A stretch of DNA of 64,000 nucleotides from Thermoanaerobaculia bacterium (GTDB lineage: Bacteria; Acidobacteriota; Thermoanaerobaculia; Multivoradales; UBA5704): NCBI GenBank assembly GCA_044226625.1, contig JBGAGQ010000009.1:44589-108588 (forward strand), given 5' to 3'. Positions 1-8,862 of this stretch are shown in pieces. The translations under genes and the position numbers were made by a program. The first letter of the stretch is position 1. Each line of letters starts with the position of its first letter. The notes beneath the pieces are model-generated. The model saw only the letters and a list, made by a program, of their open reading frames with translations, did no database searches and was not told the DNA's origin.

Positions 1-1421
1 AAAGCGAACAGGATCGACTTGTCGTTGATCTGGGACACCGCGTAGAGGCGCCCGTCGACGGTCAAGGCGGGGTGCGCGTTGTGGAACTCCTGGATCGTGA
101 GCGCGTGCGTCAGGCTCTGCAGGTCGTGCTCGAAGATTCCCAGCTCGTCGAGGTTCGGCACGACCACCTCGTTCGCGCTCGCCGCCAGGCCGGCCGCGAG
201 ACCGAGCACGGGATAGGGCTGGGGACGAAGCGTCGACGTGAGCTCCTTGGTCCCCGGCTTGAGGAAATGCACCGCGTGATCCGCCGGCACGATCCAGGCG
301 TCCCCGGCGAGCGCGGGCGGGTTCATCACCGGCTCGCCCGCGTCGTAAGTCGCCTTGAGCGAGAACGAGGCGAGATCGTAGATCCGGACCCGGTGGCAGC
401 TCGCGCCGAAGACGACCAGGCCTTCCGGCGTGACCGTCGGGCTCGAGAGCCGCACGCCGTCGGCCTCCGCGCGATCGCCCCAGCGCTTGACTAGGCGACC
501 CGGAACCGTCGCGGCCGCCGGGTCGAACTGGAGCACCTCGAGACGCGACCGGCAGTGATGATCGGTCAAGGCGACCAGCGGCGCGGTCGGGGTCGAAAAA
601 CCGTGGAGCGGCGTGTCGAGGATCGCCGGCGTCGACTCCGTCGGCCAGCCGTAGGTCTCGAACAGGGGCCCGCTTGCCATGGCCTCGAGCCCGCCCGCGT
701 CCTTCGCCCGGCTCGCGCTCTTCCGGAAGGCGCCGCCGCCGTGGAGGTCGATGCACCCCTCGCCCACCGGGTGGCGGGCGAAGATCTGGCCCGCCCCGTC
801 GAACACCACCAGCTCATGGAAGGAGTACGGCGCGAAGGAGAGGTCCCAGTTGGAGAACGCCACGTGGACGAAGACGAACGACTGACCGTCGAGCGTCCAG
901 ACCTTCGGCGAGCCGGACGACTTGCTCGGATTCCTGAACATGGTCGGCAGGTCGACCTGCCACACCGTCGTGCAGTTCGGGGCGACCCGGACGAGAGCGG
1001 TCTGATCGTGGGTATCGGTCGGCCGCGTCACCAGAAGCGCCACGTCGCCGTTCGGAAACATTGCGGGGACCGAGAGGATATGGGCCGATTTGAAGTTCCG
1101 GCTGCACTGCACGTCGCCGTTCGGCCGGAACGCCCAGAGCGTGCCGGTTTCCGTCCCGACGTAGATCGTGCCCGCGACCGGGTCGACGATCGGGCCTCCC
1201 GCGCCGACGTTGCCGTCGAGTTGGTACGCCCAGTTGGCGACCACCGGAACCTTGGTGAACGAGTTGACGAAGCTCGTGTTCGAGAGATTTCCGTACGCCT
1301 GGTCCCACCCGGCCGCGGCGCGGGACGGCACGGCGCCCCCCATCCAAGCGACGACGCCCGCCAGAACGGCGTGGACCAACGCCCCGCGAAGCCCGCGGTT
1401 CCCACTCCCACGTGGACTCAT
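1..1421 (-). CDS. Secreted PQQ-like/BamB-type beta-propeller protein (3' end runs off the window; not in the ORF track)
   Basis: Read manually. RBS GAAAGGAGAGG precedes ATG at 1421. Starts MSPRGSGNRGLRGALVHAVLAGVVAWMGGAVPSRAAAGWDQAYGNLSNT (signal peptide plus W-x-x-x-x-G-N motif), has GTIYVGTETGTLWAF, and reads VDGRLYAVSQ near the window edge. Confidence 0.75.
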   Translation of the reverse strand, partial: MSPRGSGNRGLRGALVHAVLAGVVAWMGGAVPSRAAAGWDQAYGNLSNTSFVNSFTKVPVVANWAYQLDGNVGAGGPIVDPVAGTIYVGTETGTLWAFRPNGDVQCSRNFKSAHILSVPAMFPNGDVALLVTRPTDTHDQTALVRVAPNCTTVWQVDLPTMFRNPSKSSGSPKVWTLDGQSFVFVHVAFSNWDLSFAPYSFHELVVFDGAGQIFARHPVGEGCIDLHGGGAFRKSASRAKDAGGLEAMASGPLFETYGWPTESTPAILDTPLHGFSTPTAPLVALTDHHCRSRLEVLQFDPAAATVPGRLVKRWGDRAEADGVRLSSPTVTPEGLVVFGASCHRVRIYDLASFSLKATYDAGEPVMNPPALAGDAWIVPADHAVHFLKPGTKELTSTLRPQPYPVLGLAAGLAASANEVVVPNLDELGIFEHDLQSLTHALTIQEFHNAHPALTVDGRLYAVSQINDKSILFA

Positions 1422-1506
1422 GACCCTCTCCTTTCGGATTCGTACCGTGACGACGGGAGAGGCGGAAAAACCCGGAGTCCGGGGCCAGGCGGGGGCGCCC
1501 CGAGCC

Positions 1507-2004
1507 CTACTTGCCCGATCTCTTCTTGAACGACCAGGTGAACGCGAACCGCGCGGCGACCGTGCCGTCCGGCAGGCGTCCGATCGTCTCCGCACGCACG
1601 GTCTGCGGCTCGCCGGTCTCGATCGCCTGGGCGACCGCGGTGGCGATTTGCGGACCGGCGTCGCAGGTGAAGGTCAACCGGGCGCTCGCCTTCTTTTCGA
1701 ACGCCGCTTCGAGACCGACGATCAGAAGGGCGACCGGCGCTTTCGATACCTCGATCGCCGCCATCGCGAGCGCGCCGGTCGAGAGCTCCGCCGCCATCGC
1801 CTGGGCCGCGAAGTAGATTGAGCGGAACGGGTTGGTCGACCGCCAGCCGTACGGGAGCGAGACGACGCATCGCTCGGTCGAGATCTCGTCGATCCGCAAC
1901 CCCGCGAACAGGGCGAGCGGCAGCTTCGAGAGGAAATAGAGCCGCATCAGGAACCGCGAGCGGGCCTGGCGGAGGAACTTCGAATCGTTCGTCGTCGGAG
2001 GCAT
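1507..2004 (-). CDS. DUF4442 / PaaI-like hot-dog fold thioesterase
   Basis: LPYGWRSTNPFRSIYFAAQAMAAELSTG motif. Confidence 0.8.
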   Translation of the reverse strand: MPPTTNDSKFLRQARSRFLMRLYFLSKLPLALFAGLRIDEISTERCVVSLPYGWRSTNPFRSIYFAAQAMAAELSTGALAMAAIEVSKAPVALLIVGLEAAFEKKASARLTFTCDAGPQIATAVAQAIETGEPQTVRAETIGRLPDGTVAARFAFTWSFKKRSGK

Positions 2005-2168
2005 GAGGCGATGGATCTTACCGGACGCCGCGGCCCGCACCGCGCGACCGCCGACCGCTCGGCGCCGTCACTTCGAGAGAGCGGTCACCGCTCCTCATCC
2101 TCCTCACGCCAGTTACGAGACCGACGGAAGCGACCCGACGGTCTCGCGTATCGACGCCTGGGACGCGG

Positions 2169-2196
2169 TTCCCTCCGCGCTCGACCGCGGAGGGAA
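2169..2196. repeat. Perfect 11-bp inverted repeat (hairpin)
   Basis: TTCCCTCCGCG-ctcgac-CGCGGAGGGAA. A second 8-bp inverted repeat lies at 2116-2146 (CGAGACCG...CGGTCTCG). Confidence 0.8.
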
Positions 2197-2259
2197 TCCC
2201 CAGGTCTCGCGACGCGCCGCGAAGCTACCGCGCACGAAGACCCCGGCGCCGCGCTCCGG

Positions 2260-2427
2260 TGCCGCGCGACGGCGCCCTCCTCCTTCAACGTGACGCTTCC
2301 CTTCCGCAACACGAGGTACGAATCACGGGACAAGACGAATTATCGACGAGACACGATGCACCAGTTCGTAGACACGATGCACCGCTTCCGCAACACGAGG
2401 CAGCGGTGCTGCATCGGAACGTTTCGC
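2260..2427 (+). repeat. Degenerate 21-bp tandem repeat array (about 7-8 units)
   Basis: Units: ttccgcaacacgaggtacgaa / tcacgggacaagacgaattat / cgacgagacacgatgcaccag / ttcgtagacacgatgcaccgc / ttccgcaacacgaggcagcgg. CTTCCGCAACACGAGG recurs 84 bp (4x21) apart. Confidence 0.75.
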
Positions 2428-2569
2428 GACAAAGCCGAGGAGAAGGCCTTCCGGGCGTCGGCGGAATCGTTCTGGGAGCCATTAAAGAGGTGCGCGAGCT
2501 CTCGGCAGCGAATCCTCGCGTTCCGTCATCGGTCCCTTGCGGTGCGTTCCGAACGTTGTGATCCATGGG

Positions 2570-2674
2570 ACCTCTCATCTGCGTTGCGAGACCGGTGCGT
2601 AGCGTGATTGCACCGGTGCGCAGCGTCTCGTCGCCGGTAACCGACTCGGTCGCGCCTCTCCCCAACATTGCGTT
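2570..2674 (-). repeat. Second degenerate 21-bp tandem array, inverted relative to the first
   Basis: Units: accggtgcgtagcgtgattgc / accggtgcgcagcgtctcgtc / gccggtaaccgactcggtcgc. The reverse complement of 2612-2633 matches 2344-2365 at 17/22 positions. Confidence 0.65.
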
Positions 2675-2709
2675 AGGAGCGTCCGCACCGACCGATTTGC
2701 TCGCGCGGC

Positions 2710-3174
2710 TCAATCCGGAGATGCCGAGCTCGCGACGGCCGGATTCCGGTAGCGCGTCGGCGCACGCCCCTCCCCGCGCACCTCGACCTGCAATCGTCCG
2801 GCGTCCGCCATCTCCTGGAGCACCCGGAACAGCGAGCTGCGCTCCGGTTCCCAGGGGAGCACGGCCAGTAAGTCGTTTCGGCTGAACCGTTCCGGAAGCC
2901 GCTCGAGCGCAGCCTCCACTTCGGCCTGCAGCTGTCCCGGCTGCCGCCGCACGCGCTTCGCCGGAACCGGAGGTACCTCCCGCTCGAGGCCCAAAGCGGC
3001 GGCCGGTGCGGCTGGAACCGCGCCCCCCGGGCCGGCCTCCCCCTCCGCCGTGGTCATCCAGACGAGGTCCAGCGCCCGCCGCTGCTGCCGGTGCGCTGCT
3101 TCCAGAAGCTCGATTCCGGCTCGGAGCTGCTCGTCGAGCTGGCGTTTGCGGGTCTCATATTCATGTTGCGTCAT
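2710..3174 (-). CDS. Hypothetical protein: N-terminal coiled coil, Pro/Ala linker, C-terminal winged-HTH-like domain
   Basis: N-terminus MTQHEYETRKRQLDEQLRAGIELLEAAHRQQRRALDLVW; C-terminus FSRNDLLAVL...RSSLFRVLQEMADAGRLQVEVRGEGRAPTRYR. Confidence 0.7.
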   Translation of the reverse strand: MTQHEYETRKRQLDEQLRAGIELLEAAHRQQRRALDLVWMTTAEGEAGPGGAVPAAPAAALGLEREVPPVPAKRVRRQPGQLQAEVEAALERLPERFSRNDLLAVLPWEPERSSLFRVLQEMADAGRLQVEVRGEGRAPTRYRNPAVASSASPD

Positions 3175-3343
3175 GCGATGCATTGCAACACGGAGAGCGT
3201 TCGCAACACAAGACGTCGATCCCCGGGATCCGCTCCTTCAGGGTCGGCCTCGCTCCCCCTTCTTAGCCTCCCTTCCGAGCGGGGGGATGAACGACCGGGA
3301 ACGCGAGATCCTCGCCAAGGCGGGAAAGTGGTACTCTCCCACC

Positions 3344-3670
3344 ATGGCAGAGCCAGTCCGACAGCCGAAAACTCGTACCTCGTTTCTGACGCTGGATCCG
3401 AAGGGGCGCGCGACGTTTCCCGAGGACGTTCGAAGGGCGTTGTCCGTCGGCCCAGGCGACCTCATCCTGCTGGAGCGCACGGAGCGAGGAACCTTCGAGC
3501 TGGTGCCCGCGACCTTAGTGCCTACCGACCAGCTCTGGTTCCATCATCCGGAAATGCAGGAACGGATCGCTCGAGCGGAGAAGGACTTCGCGGAGGGCCG
3601 GTCGACGCGTACGCGTACCCCCGAGGAAGCACAGGACTTTCTCGACGGTCTGAAGAAGCTTCGTCGATAG
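3344..3670 (+). CDS. AbrB/MazE/SpoVT-family antitoxin
   Basis: LDPKGRATFPEDVRRALSVGPGD motif; directly upstream of a small toxin-like ORF. Confidence 0.85.
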   Translation: MAEPVRQPKTRTSFLTLDPKGRATFPEDVRRALSVGPGDLILLERTERGTFELVPATLVPTDQLWFHHPEMQERIARAEKDFAEGRSTRTRTPEEAQDFLDGLKKLRR

Positions 3671-3671
3671 C

Positions 3672-3974
3672 GTGGCGCGAAAGCAGGTGTTCCTCGCGGC
3701 CGAATGGTCGGAGCCATGGAAGGAGAGCTACGCAAACCTGAGCTCCGATCGGCAGGCCGGCTGCGACAAAGCCGTCATCGCCCTCATCAAGCGTGTGGAC
3801 TCGCCGGGGCTTCGGATCAAGCCCATCCATCCCGACAAATATTTCGTCGAAGCCCGAATCAATAGTGGCGACCGCATCGTGTTCCGTATCGAGGGAGACA
3901 CGATCCTGTTCGTGGACGTCGTAAAGCACGACGACATCTCTCGCTACGGATCGAGGCCTGGAAAGCGCGGCTGA
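3672..3974 (+). CDS. RelE/ParE-superfamily toxin (putative)
   Basis: 100 aa; PGLRIKPIH...FVEARINSGDRIVFRIEGDTILFVDVVKHD; 1 nt after the antitoxin. Confidence 0.7.
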   Translation: MARKQVFLAAEWSEPWKESYANLSSDRQAGCDKAVIALIKRVDSPGLRIKPIHPDKYFVEARINSGDRIVFRIEGDTILFVDVVKHDDISRYGSRPGKRG

Positions 3975-3992
3975 GCAAATGAAACGCAGGAA

Positions 3993-4021
3993 CGCCCCGG
4001 GCCTCACCAAGGCCCGGGGCG
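3993..4021. terminator. Hairpin terminator between convergent genes
   Basis: CGCCCCGGGCCT-cacca-AGGCCCGGGGCG, with a T-rich tail on the minus strand. Confidence 0.7.
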
Positions 4022-4055
4022 CGCACGATTCGTCCTCTCGGTTCGCGGGCCTTTC

Positions 4056-5993
4056 CTACCGCTTACTCACCAGGTAAGGAATCGCCGCCTTGATCGCGTC
4101 GCCGATGATCGCCCCGGCCTTCGAGTCGCCGGTCGTGTCGTCGGTGGTCCAGTCCTCGGTGAACATCGCGACGCTGAATTGGTGCGAGAGCGAGGTGTAG
4201 TCGCCCGAGCCGAAGTCCCAGTTCCAGGCGACGCCGATCCAGCTCTTCACTTTGTATTTGCCGCCGTCCTTGCCGCCCCAGGCCTGGAAGGCGCCGTTCG
4301 CGGGGGGCGCGTAGGAGTTGTTCTTGTCGAGCTCGCGGACGAGGTCCCCTTCGTCGAACACGGTAAGCAGGTCGTGGTCGGCGAGGCCGCGGAAGAAGCG
4401 CCCGACCTCGGCCGGGGTCACGGAGTTCGCGAGGGTGTTGTAGTAGAGGTCGTAGCGCGCGTCGTTCGAGACGCCCGAGTTGTTGACCTTCGTGAAGCAG
4501 GCCTTGTCGGCCGCGGTCGAGTAGGTCAGGTCGCCCGCGCGGAACCAGCTTTCGAAGCTGTGGCACGGCACCGAATAGACGCAGGCGTCGGCGTTGCCCT
4601 GGATCCGCTTGTCCACCGTGCAGATGCTGGTGATCTCTCCGACGTTCTGCATCGAGGCCTGCGAGGCGAGGAATTCGTTCACCGCGAGGCCACCATCGAA
4701 GTGCTCGATCAAACCGAACAGTCGATCCGTCGAGCAACTGTCGCTGTTGTCGATCATGTGGTCCAGGTACGTCGCGATCGTTTGATTGTCGCCGATGTCC
4801 GCCTTGGTGAATCCGCGGGTCGTCTCGCCGCGCCAGTCGCCGGTGCGCAGCTGATAAAGGTCGCCCGCCGCGAGCTCGGGCATCGTGACCTCCTTGGCGG
4901 CGATGAACGTCTTCGCGGCCGAGGCGAGATAGAACGGCTCGTTCGGATTGAACGCGATCCAGTGGCCGGTGGTGAGGTCCTCGATGTAGAAGCCGACGGA
5001 GCCTTTTCGCCCGTCGCTTCCGTTCGTCGTGTATTCGACGAGCTTCGATTTCAGTTGATCGATCGCGGCGCCGCTCAAGGCCACGTTACCGGTGAGGACG
5101 TTCCTCGCCTGACGCCGGATCCAGATCCCCGAGAAACGCAGCTCCGAGCCGACATAGTAGGCGTCGAGGTCCACCTCGAGGTAGTTGGCTTTCTTCTGCT
5201 CGATGATCGCGCCCTGCATCTGCGCGGCGGTCCGATCGCGCAAAGAGATCCAGCCGTCGATGCCGCTCTCGCGTACCCAAAGGCCGGCGTAGCGCAGACC
5301 CGCGGAGGTCGGATAGGCGGCGATGTCGACCGGCCGATAGCCAGCGTTCTTATAGAAGGTCCACCAGGAGCTGTAGTCCGCCGAGGTGAGATCGCGCTTG
5401 TAGCCGAAATCGGTCAAGCCGTCCTGGACCCAGACCGCGGCGTAATAGGTCGTGCTTCCCACGCGATAGCCGTTCACCCGGATCGGGCGGAAGCGCTGCC
5501 CGGCGTACTCGGCCATTTTCGCGTCCAATTGCGCGAGGGTGAGGATGCGGTGCGACTTGAACGGCTTCGTGCCCCCCTGCTCCTTGATCCAGATCGCGTT
5601 GTAATAGGGCGTCCCGGAGACGACGTGGGCATCGAGGTCGAGCACCCGGAAGCCCTGGCCGATCAGCTGATCCCACAGCGACTGATAGGCGGCAGCGGTC
5701 AGACCGCGCTTCGAGGTCCAGGCGGTGATACTCGAATCCTTGTGCCAGAGACCGCTGTAGCGCGTCGCGGCGCCCGATCGCTCGACGCCCGAAAGATTCA
5801 CCGGCGCGTAACCGAGATCCCGCCAATGCGTCCAGGCCGCGCTGTAGGAAGAATCGGCCACCCCGCCGACCTCCTGGCCAAAGACGACCGGATTGCCGGC
5901 CCAAGGTCCAACGGCGAGCGCGGGCGAAGCCGCGAGAACTAGCGCCGCCGCGACAGCTCCTCGACGGCAACGGGAAAGAATGTTCTGGAACAT
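4056..5993 (-). CDS. Secreted protein with five BTRD1 (polyglycine-hydrolase-like) repeats and a class A beta-lactamase-like serine hydrolase domain
   Basis: RBS AGGAGG and signal peptide; five ~50-aa repeats ending Y/F-x-[GA]-[LIV]-W; SxxK in FYLASAAK; SDS at the SDN position and KDG at the KTG position. Confidence 0.8.
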   Translation of the reverse strand: MFQNILSRCRRGAVAAALVLAASPALAVGPWAGNPVVFGQEVGGVADSSYSAAWTHWRDLGYAPVNLSGVERSGAATRYSGLWHKDSSITAWTSKRGLTAAAYQSLWDQLIGQGFRVLDLDAHVVSGTPYYNAIWIKEQGGTKPFKSHRILTLAQLDAKMAEYAGQRFRPIRVNGYRVGSTTYYAAVWVQDGLTDFGYKRDLTSADYSSWWTFYKNAGYRPVDIAAYPTSAGLRYAGLWVRESGIDGWISLRDRTAAQMQGAIIEQKKANYLEVDLDAYYVGSELRFSGIWIRRQARNVLTGNVALSGAAIDQLKSKLVEYTTNGSDGRKGSVGFYIEDLTTGHWIAFNPNEPFYLASAAKTFIAAKEVTMPELAAGDLYQLRTGDWRGETTRGFTKADIGDNQTIATYLDHMIDNSDSCSTDRLFGLIEHFDGGLAVNEFLASQASMQNVGEITSICTVDKRIQGNADACVYSVPCHSFESWFRAGDLTYSTAADKACFTKVNNSGVSNDARYDLYYNTLANSVTPAEVGRFFRGLADHDLLTVFDEGDLVRELDKNNSYAPPANGAFQAWGGKDGGKYKVKSWIGVAWNWDFGSGDYTSLSHQFSVAMFTEDWTTDDTTGDSKAGAIIGDAIKAAIPYLVSKR

Positions 5994-6050
5994 GGCGTCC
6001 TCCTGATTTCGTCGAGGCCCGGTGCGGGTCTCGTTGCGTTCAGGAGGAGG

Positions 6051-6078
6051 AACGGACGCCAACGGGCGATTCCCTCAC
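6051..6078 (-). promoter_or_regulatory. Putative ECF sigma promoter, copy 1
   Basis: GTGAGGGAATCGCC-N10-CGTT, 57 nt upstream of ATG 5993; same motif and spacing as 8192-8219. Confidence 0.65.
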
Positions 6079-6238
6079 CCAATGGCCAAAATTCCCAAAG
6101 CCCCGTTGATTCCCTTGGGCTTCCTGGCCGGCGCGACGCTTGACCAATGGTAATTCGAGGGTACAGGCAAAATTTGACTCGAAACAATAACTTAATAAAG
6201 AATCCGAAGAGAAGCCGAGATCCGATCGCCTGCAAGAC

Positions 6239-6541
6239 TCAACGCCCGCGCCAGTACTCCGGACGCCTCTTCTGATGAGCGACGGCGACAACCTGGATTC
6301 TCCCGCGGGGATCCAGTCGGTAGATCAGGTCGAAGGGGTAGCGATTTGGAAAAACATAGTGCCGGCAGCCCTTACGGCGAACGGGCCATCGCTCGGGAGC
6401 TTCCATGACCGCGGCGACCGCCTGATCGACCGCCAATACGAAGCCGTGCGCCGCGAGCGGACTCCGCTCCGCGTACCAAGCCTTTGCTTCGTTGGCATCC
6501 GCGATCGCATCGGGATGCCAATCGGGCTCACTCGAAGCCAT
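6239..6541 (-). CDS. RelE/ParE-family toxin
   Basis: HPDAIADANEAKAWY...PERWP...RYPFDLIYR...VVAVAHQKRRPEYW. Confidence 0.9.
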   Translation of the reverse strand: MASSEPDWHPDAIADANEAKAWYAERSPLAAHGFVLAVDQAVAAVMEAPERWPVRRKGCRHYVFPNRYPFDLIYRLDPRGRIQVVAVAHQKRRPEYWRGR

Positions 6542-6752
6542 CGAAAAGGCGCTTGCGGACCTCGGACCAGGGCGTCATCTCGACGGCTCCTTCGTCGATC
6601 TGGCGAACTCGGCGATCGATCTCTGGGTCCCATGCCGCTTGAGCGTCCGGATCGGCCCTTGGCTCGAGGCTCTCGATCAGCGCGCCGGCGATGGCGGCAC
6701 GGGCCTTCTCGTCCAGCATCAGCGCTTGTTCCAGAAGCAGCTCAACGGTCAT
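6528..6752 (-). CDS. Addiction module antitoxin (TIGR02574-like)
   Basis: EQALMLDEKARAAIAGALIESL...AWDPEIDRR...PWSEVRKRL; overlaps the toxin start. Confidence 0.85.
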   Translation of the reverse strand: MTVELLLEQALMLDEKARAAIAGALIESLEPRADPDAQAAWDPEIDRRVRQIDEGAVEMTPWSEVRKRLFDGFE

Positions 6753-6854
6753 GACGACATCATACGCCTCCCGGCGCCCCCGGACCTCCCCCGGAAACCC
6801 CTGTGCTACGCTCCCGGCCGGTCGCTTCCGCCGTCCCATCCGAGAGGGTGATTC

Positions 6855-7430
6855 GTGCCAGATCGTTCTTCCGCCGACCCGGCCCTACCCCCCGACGAGC
6901 GCCCTGTCGGCGAGCCGGATTACGCCCGGCTGCGTAACGATTTGGCGAAGGCCGTCGCCAAGGTCTGTCCGGGATGGCTTGCGGATCGACGCGACGATCT
7001 GGTCCAAGCTTCCCTGATCAAAGTGATGGAACTTTCCCGGCGTCGCGCAGGACGTGAGGGAATGCCCGAGCTTTCTTCGTCATACCTGTACCGGGTGGCG
7101 CACAGCGCTCTCGTGGACGAGATCCGCGCCCGGAGGAGGAGGCACGAGGTGAGTCTCGAGGACGACGAAAGCCAGCACGCGGCAACTCCCGCCCACACCC
7201 CCGATCCCGCGGCCACATCGGCCGCCGCCGAGGTCGGGCGCGCGATCCGAGACTGCCTGGGCCAGATGGTCCGCGACCGGCGGCTCGCCGTCGCGCTCTA
7301 TCTTCAAGGACACGGCGTGCCCGACGCCTCGCATCTCCTTTCCTGGTCGGCGAAGCGCACCGAGAACCTGGTCTATCGAGGCCTGTCCGACCTGCGCCGA
7401 TGCCTGTCCGACAAGGGGCTCGCGCCATGA
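6855..7430 (+). CDS. ECF RNA polymerase sigma factor
   Basis: Region 2 DDLVQ...SYLYRVAHSALVDEIR; region 4 HTH ...KRTENLVYRGLSDLRRCL. Confidence 0.9.
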   Translation: MPDRSSADPALPPDERPVGEPDYARLRNDLAKAVAKVCPGWLADRRDDLVQASLIKVMELSRRRAGREGMPELSSSYLYRVAHSALVDEIRARRRRHEVSLEDDESQHAATPAHTPDPAATSAAAEVGRAIRDCLGQMVRDRRLAVALYLQGHGVPDASHLLSWSAKRTENLVYRGLSDLRRCLSDKGLAP

Positions 7431-8170
7431 TCGAGAACGCCCCGGGCATCGAGCGCCTACGCCGCGCCTTTTCGACCTACGAGGGACCGGGCGCCACGGA
7501 GCCGATCGGCGACGTGCCGATCGACGCCGAGCGGATCTACCTCGCCGCCGCGGGCGAGCTGCCGGAGGAGGAGCGCCGGGCGGTGATCGACCAGGTCGCG
7601 ACGAACGCCGAGGCCGCCGAGGTCTGGCGCCTCGCGGTCGAGCTGCAGCGGCTCGAAGCGAAGAGCGCACTCGAACCGATGGAAGAGGACGAGCGGCAAG
7701 CCGAGCGCGCGCCGGGGCCGCTACCGCCCGCCGAGGTGCTCCCCTTCCGCCGCCCCGCCCCCGCGGCCCCGTCGCGCCGACGGCTCTATTCGGCGCTCGC
7801 CGCGCTGCTCGCCGCGACGATCGGTTTGGGGCTCTGGATGCAGATGCACGCTCCGGCCCCCACGCTCCGCGGAGGCGAATCCGCGCTCTCGGCGACGGTG
7901 GCCGACGGTTCGCGCCTGCCGCGCGAGGCGTTTCGCCTTTCGTGGAAGGCGGCCCCGGGCTCCCGCGTGCGCTATACCGTGCGGGTGACCACCGAGGCCT
8001 TGGATCCCGTCGCGACGGGTCGGGATCTGGAGCGGACGACCTATCAGGTACCGGCCGCGGCGCTCGCGGAGTTCCCCGCCGGCACCCGCCTGCTCTGGCA
8101 GGTGGAATCGCGCAACGACGAGGGAGCGACCGCGAGCTCGCCTACCTATTCCGTCGAAATCTCCCCCTGA
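7427..8170 (+). CDS. Putative anti-sigma factor (single TM, extracytoplasmic beta-rich C-terminal domain)
   Basis: ATGA overlap with the sigma gene; degenerate ZAS-like N-domain lacking HxxxCxxC; TM ALAALLAATIGLGLW; LRGG followed by an Fn3/Ig-like beta region. Confidence 0.7.
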   Translation: MIENAPGIERLRRAFSTYEGPGATEPIGDVPIDAERIYLAAAGELPEEERRAVIDQVATNAEAAEVWRLAVELQRLEAKSALEPMEEDERQAERAPGPLPPAEVLPFRRPAPAAPSRRRLYSALAALLAATIGLGLWMQMHAPAPTLRGGESALSATVADGSRLPREAFRLSWKAAPGSRVRYTVRVTTEALDPVATGRDLERTTYQVPAAALAEFPAGTRLLWQVESRNDEGATASSPTYSVEISP

Positions 8171-8191
8171 CCGCGGGCGCGCCCGCTTGGA

Positions 8192-8219
8192 GTGAGGGAA
8201 ACGCCTTCGACCGAACGTT
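8192..8219 (+). promoter_or_regulatory. Putative ECF sigma promoter, copy 2
   Basis: GTGAGGGAAACGCC-N10-CGTT, 37 nt upstream of ATG 8257. Confidence 0.65.
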
Positions 8220-8256
8220 GGAAGCGAAGAACGTGCAATTCTTGGGAGATCGAAAG

Positions 8257-8808
8257 ATGACCACCTGCTCGCCTGCTTCGCACCCGTTCCGTCACCTCGG
8301 CCGTGTTCTCGCGCTCGCCGGTTTCGCCTTCGCCCTTCCGGCCCTAGCGGCCGCTCAGGTCCACCTCCGTTCGACCGCGACGAGCGGGCTCTTCACGCTC
8401 CTGCCCAAGCAGACGCTGCGCCTCCATCTGGTCGACGTCGGCAAGCTGTCGCCGACGGCCACCTCCGCACGGATCGAGCTTCGCGACGAGAGGGGCACCC
8501 TCCTCGGCTTTCGGTCGACGACCAACTTGAGGCCCGGGGCGGCGATCCATCTCGTGCTCCGGTCCACGAGCCTGCTCGGCAGCCGGCCGTCCCTGTACGT
8601 CCGAGCGATCGCGATCACGGAGACCGAGGCCGACAACCTCGCGAGCTCGCCGATCTTCTCCCTCGACGCCCAGCCCGAAGGTCCGGACAACCTGACCATC
8701 CCGGTTTCGCCTCCCTGCCCGATGTTCACCATGACGGACCCGCCGACGCCGCAGGGTTCGCAACGCGACTGCGGAGGCGGACTGCTGGTCCAAATCCTGG
8801 TTCCCTGA
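8257..8808 (+). CDS. Secreted hypothetical protein
   Basis: RBS GGGAG; signal peptide (LALAGFAFALPALAAA-Q); beta-rich body with two C-terminal Cys. Confidence 0.7.
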   Translation: MTTCSPASHPFRHLGRVLALAGFAFALPALAAAQVHLRSTATSGLFTLLPKQTLRLHLVDVGKLSPTATSARIELRDERGTLLGFRSTTNLRPGAAIHLVLRSTSLLGSRPSLYVRAIAITETEADNLASSPIFSLDAQPEGPDNLTIPVSPPCPMFTMTDPPTPQGSQRDCGGGLLVQILVP

Positions 8809-8862
8809 CTCGCATAAAGGCTCAAGGGCCGGGGCGAGCTCTGGGATCCGCGAGATCCACGG

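Noticed and set aside
72-1529. Long plus-strand ORFs (72..494, 555..1529), and similar antisense ORFs across the window such as 4179..5942, 24155..25783 and 59390..61060
   Set aside because: Shadow ORFs of real opposite-strand genes in high-GC DNA; Arg/Gly-rich with no motifs.
2260-2674. CRISPR or guide-RNA array interpretation of the repeats
   Set aside because: No constant repeat with unique spacers, and no cas or nuclease gene nearby.
2011-2713. ORFs 2011..2607, 2259..2561, 2285..2713 as genes
   Set aside because: Open frames are expected from a 21-bp period; no clear RBS or recognisable domain.
4056-5993. Beta-lactam resistance gene
   Set aside because: SDN and KTG motifs are altered and a large repeat domain is fused; resistance is not supported.
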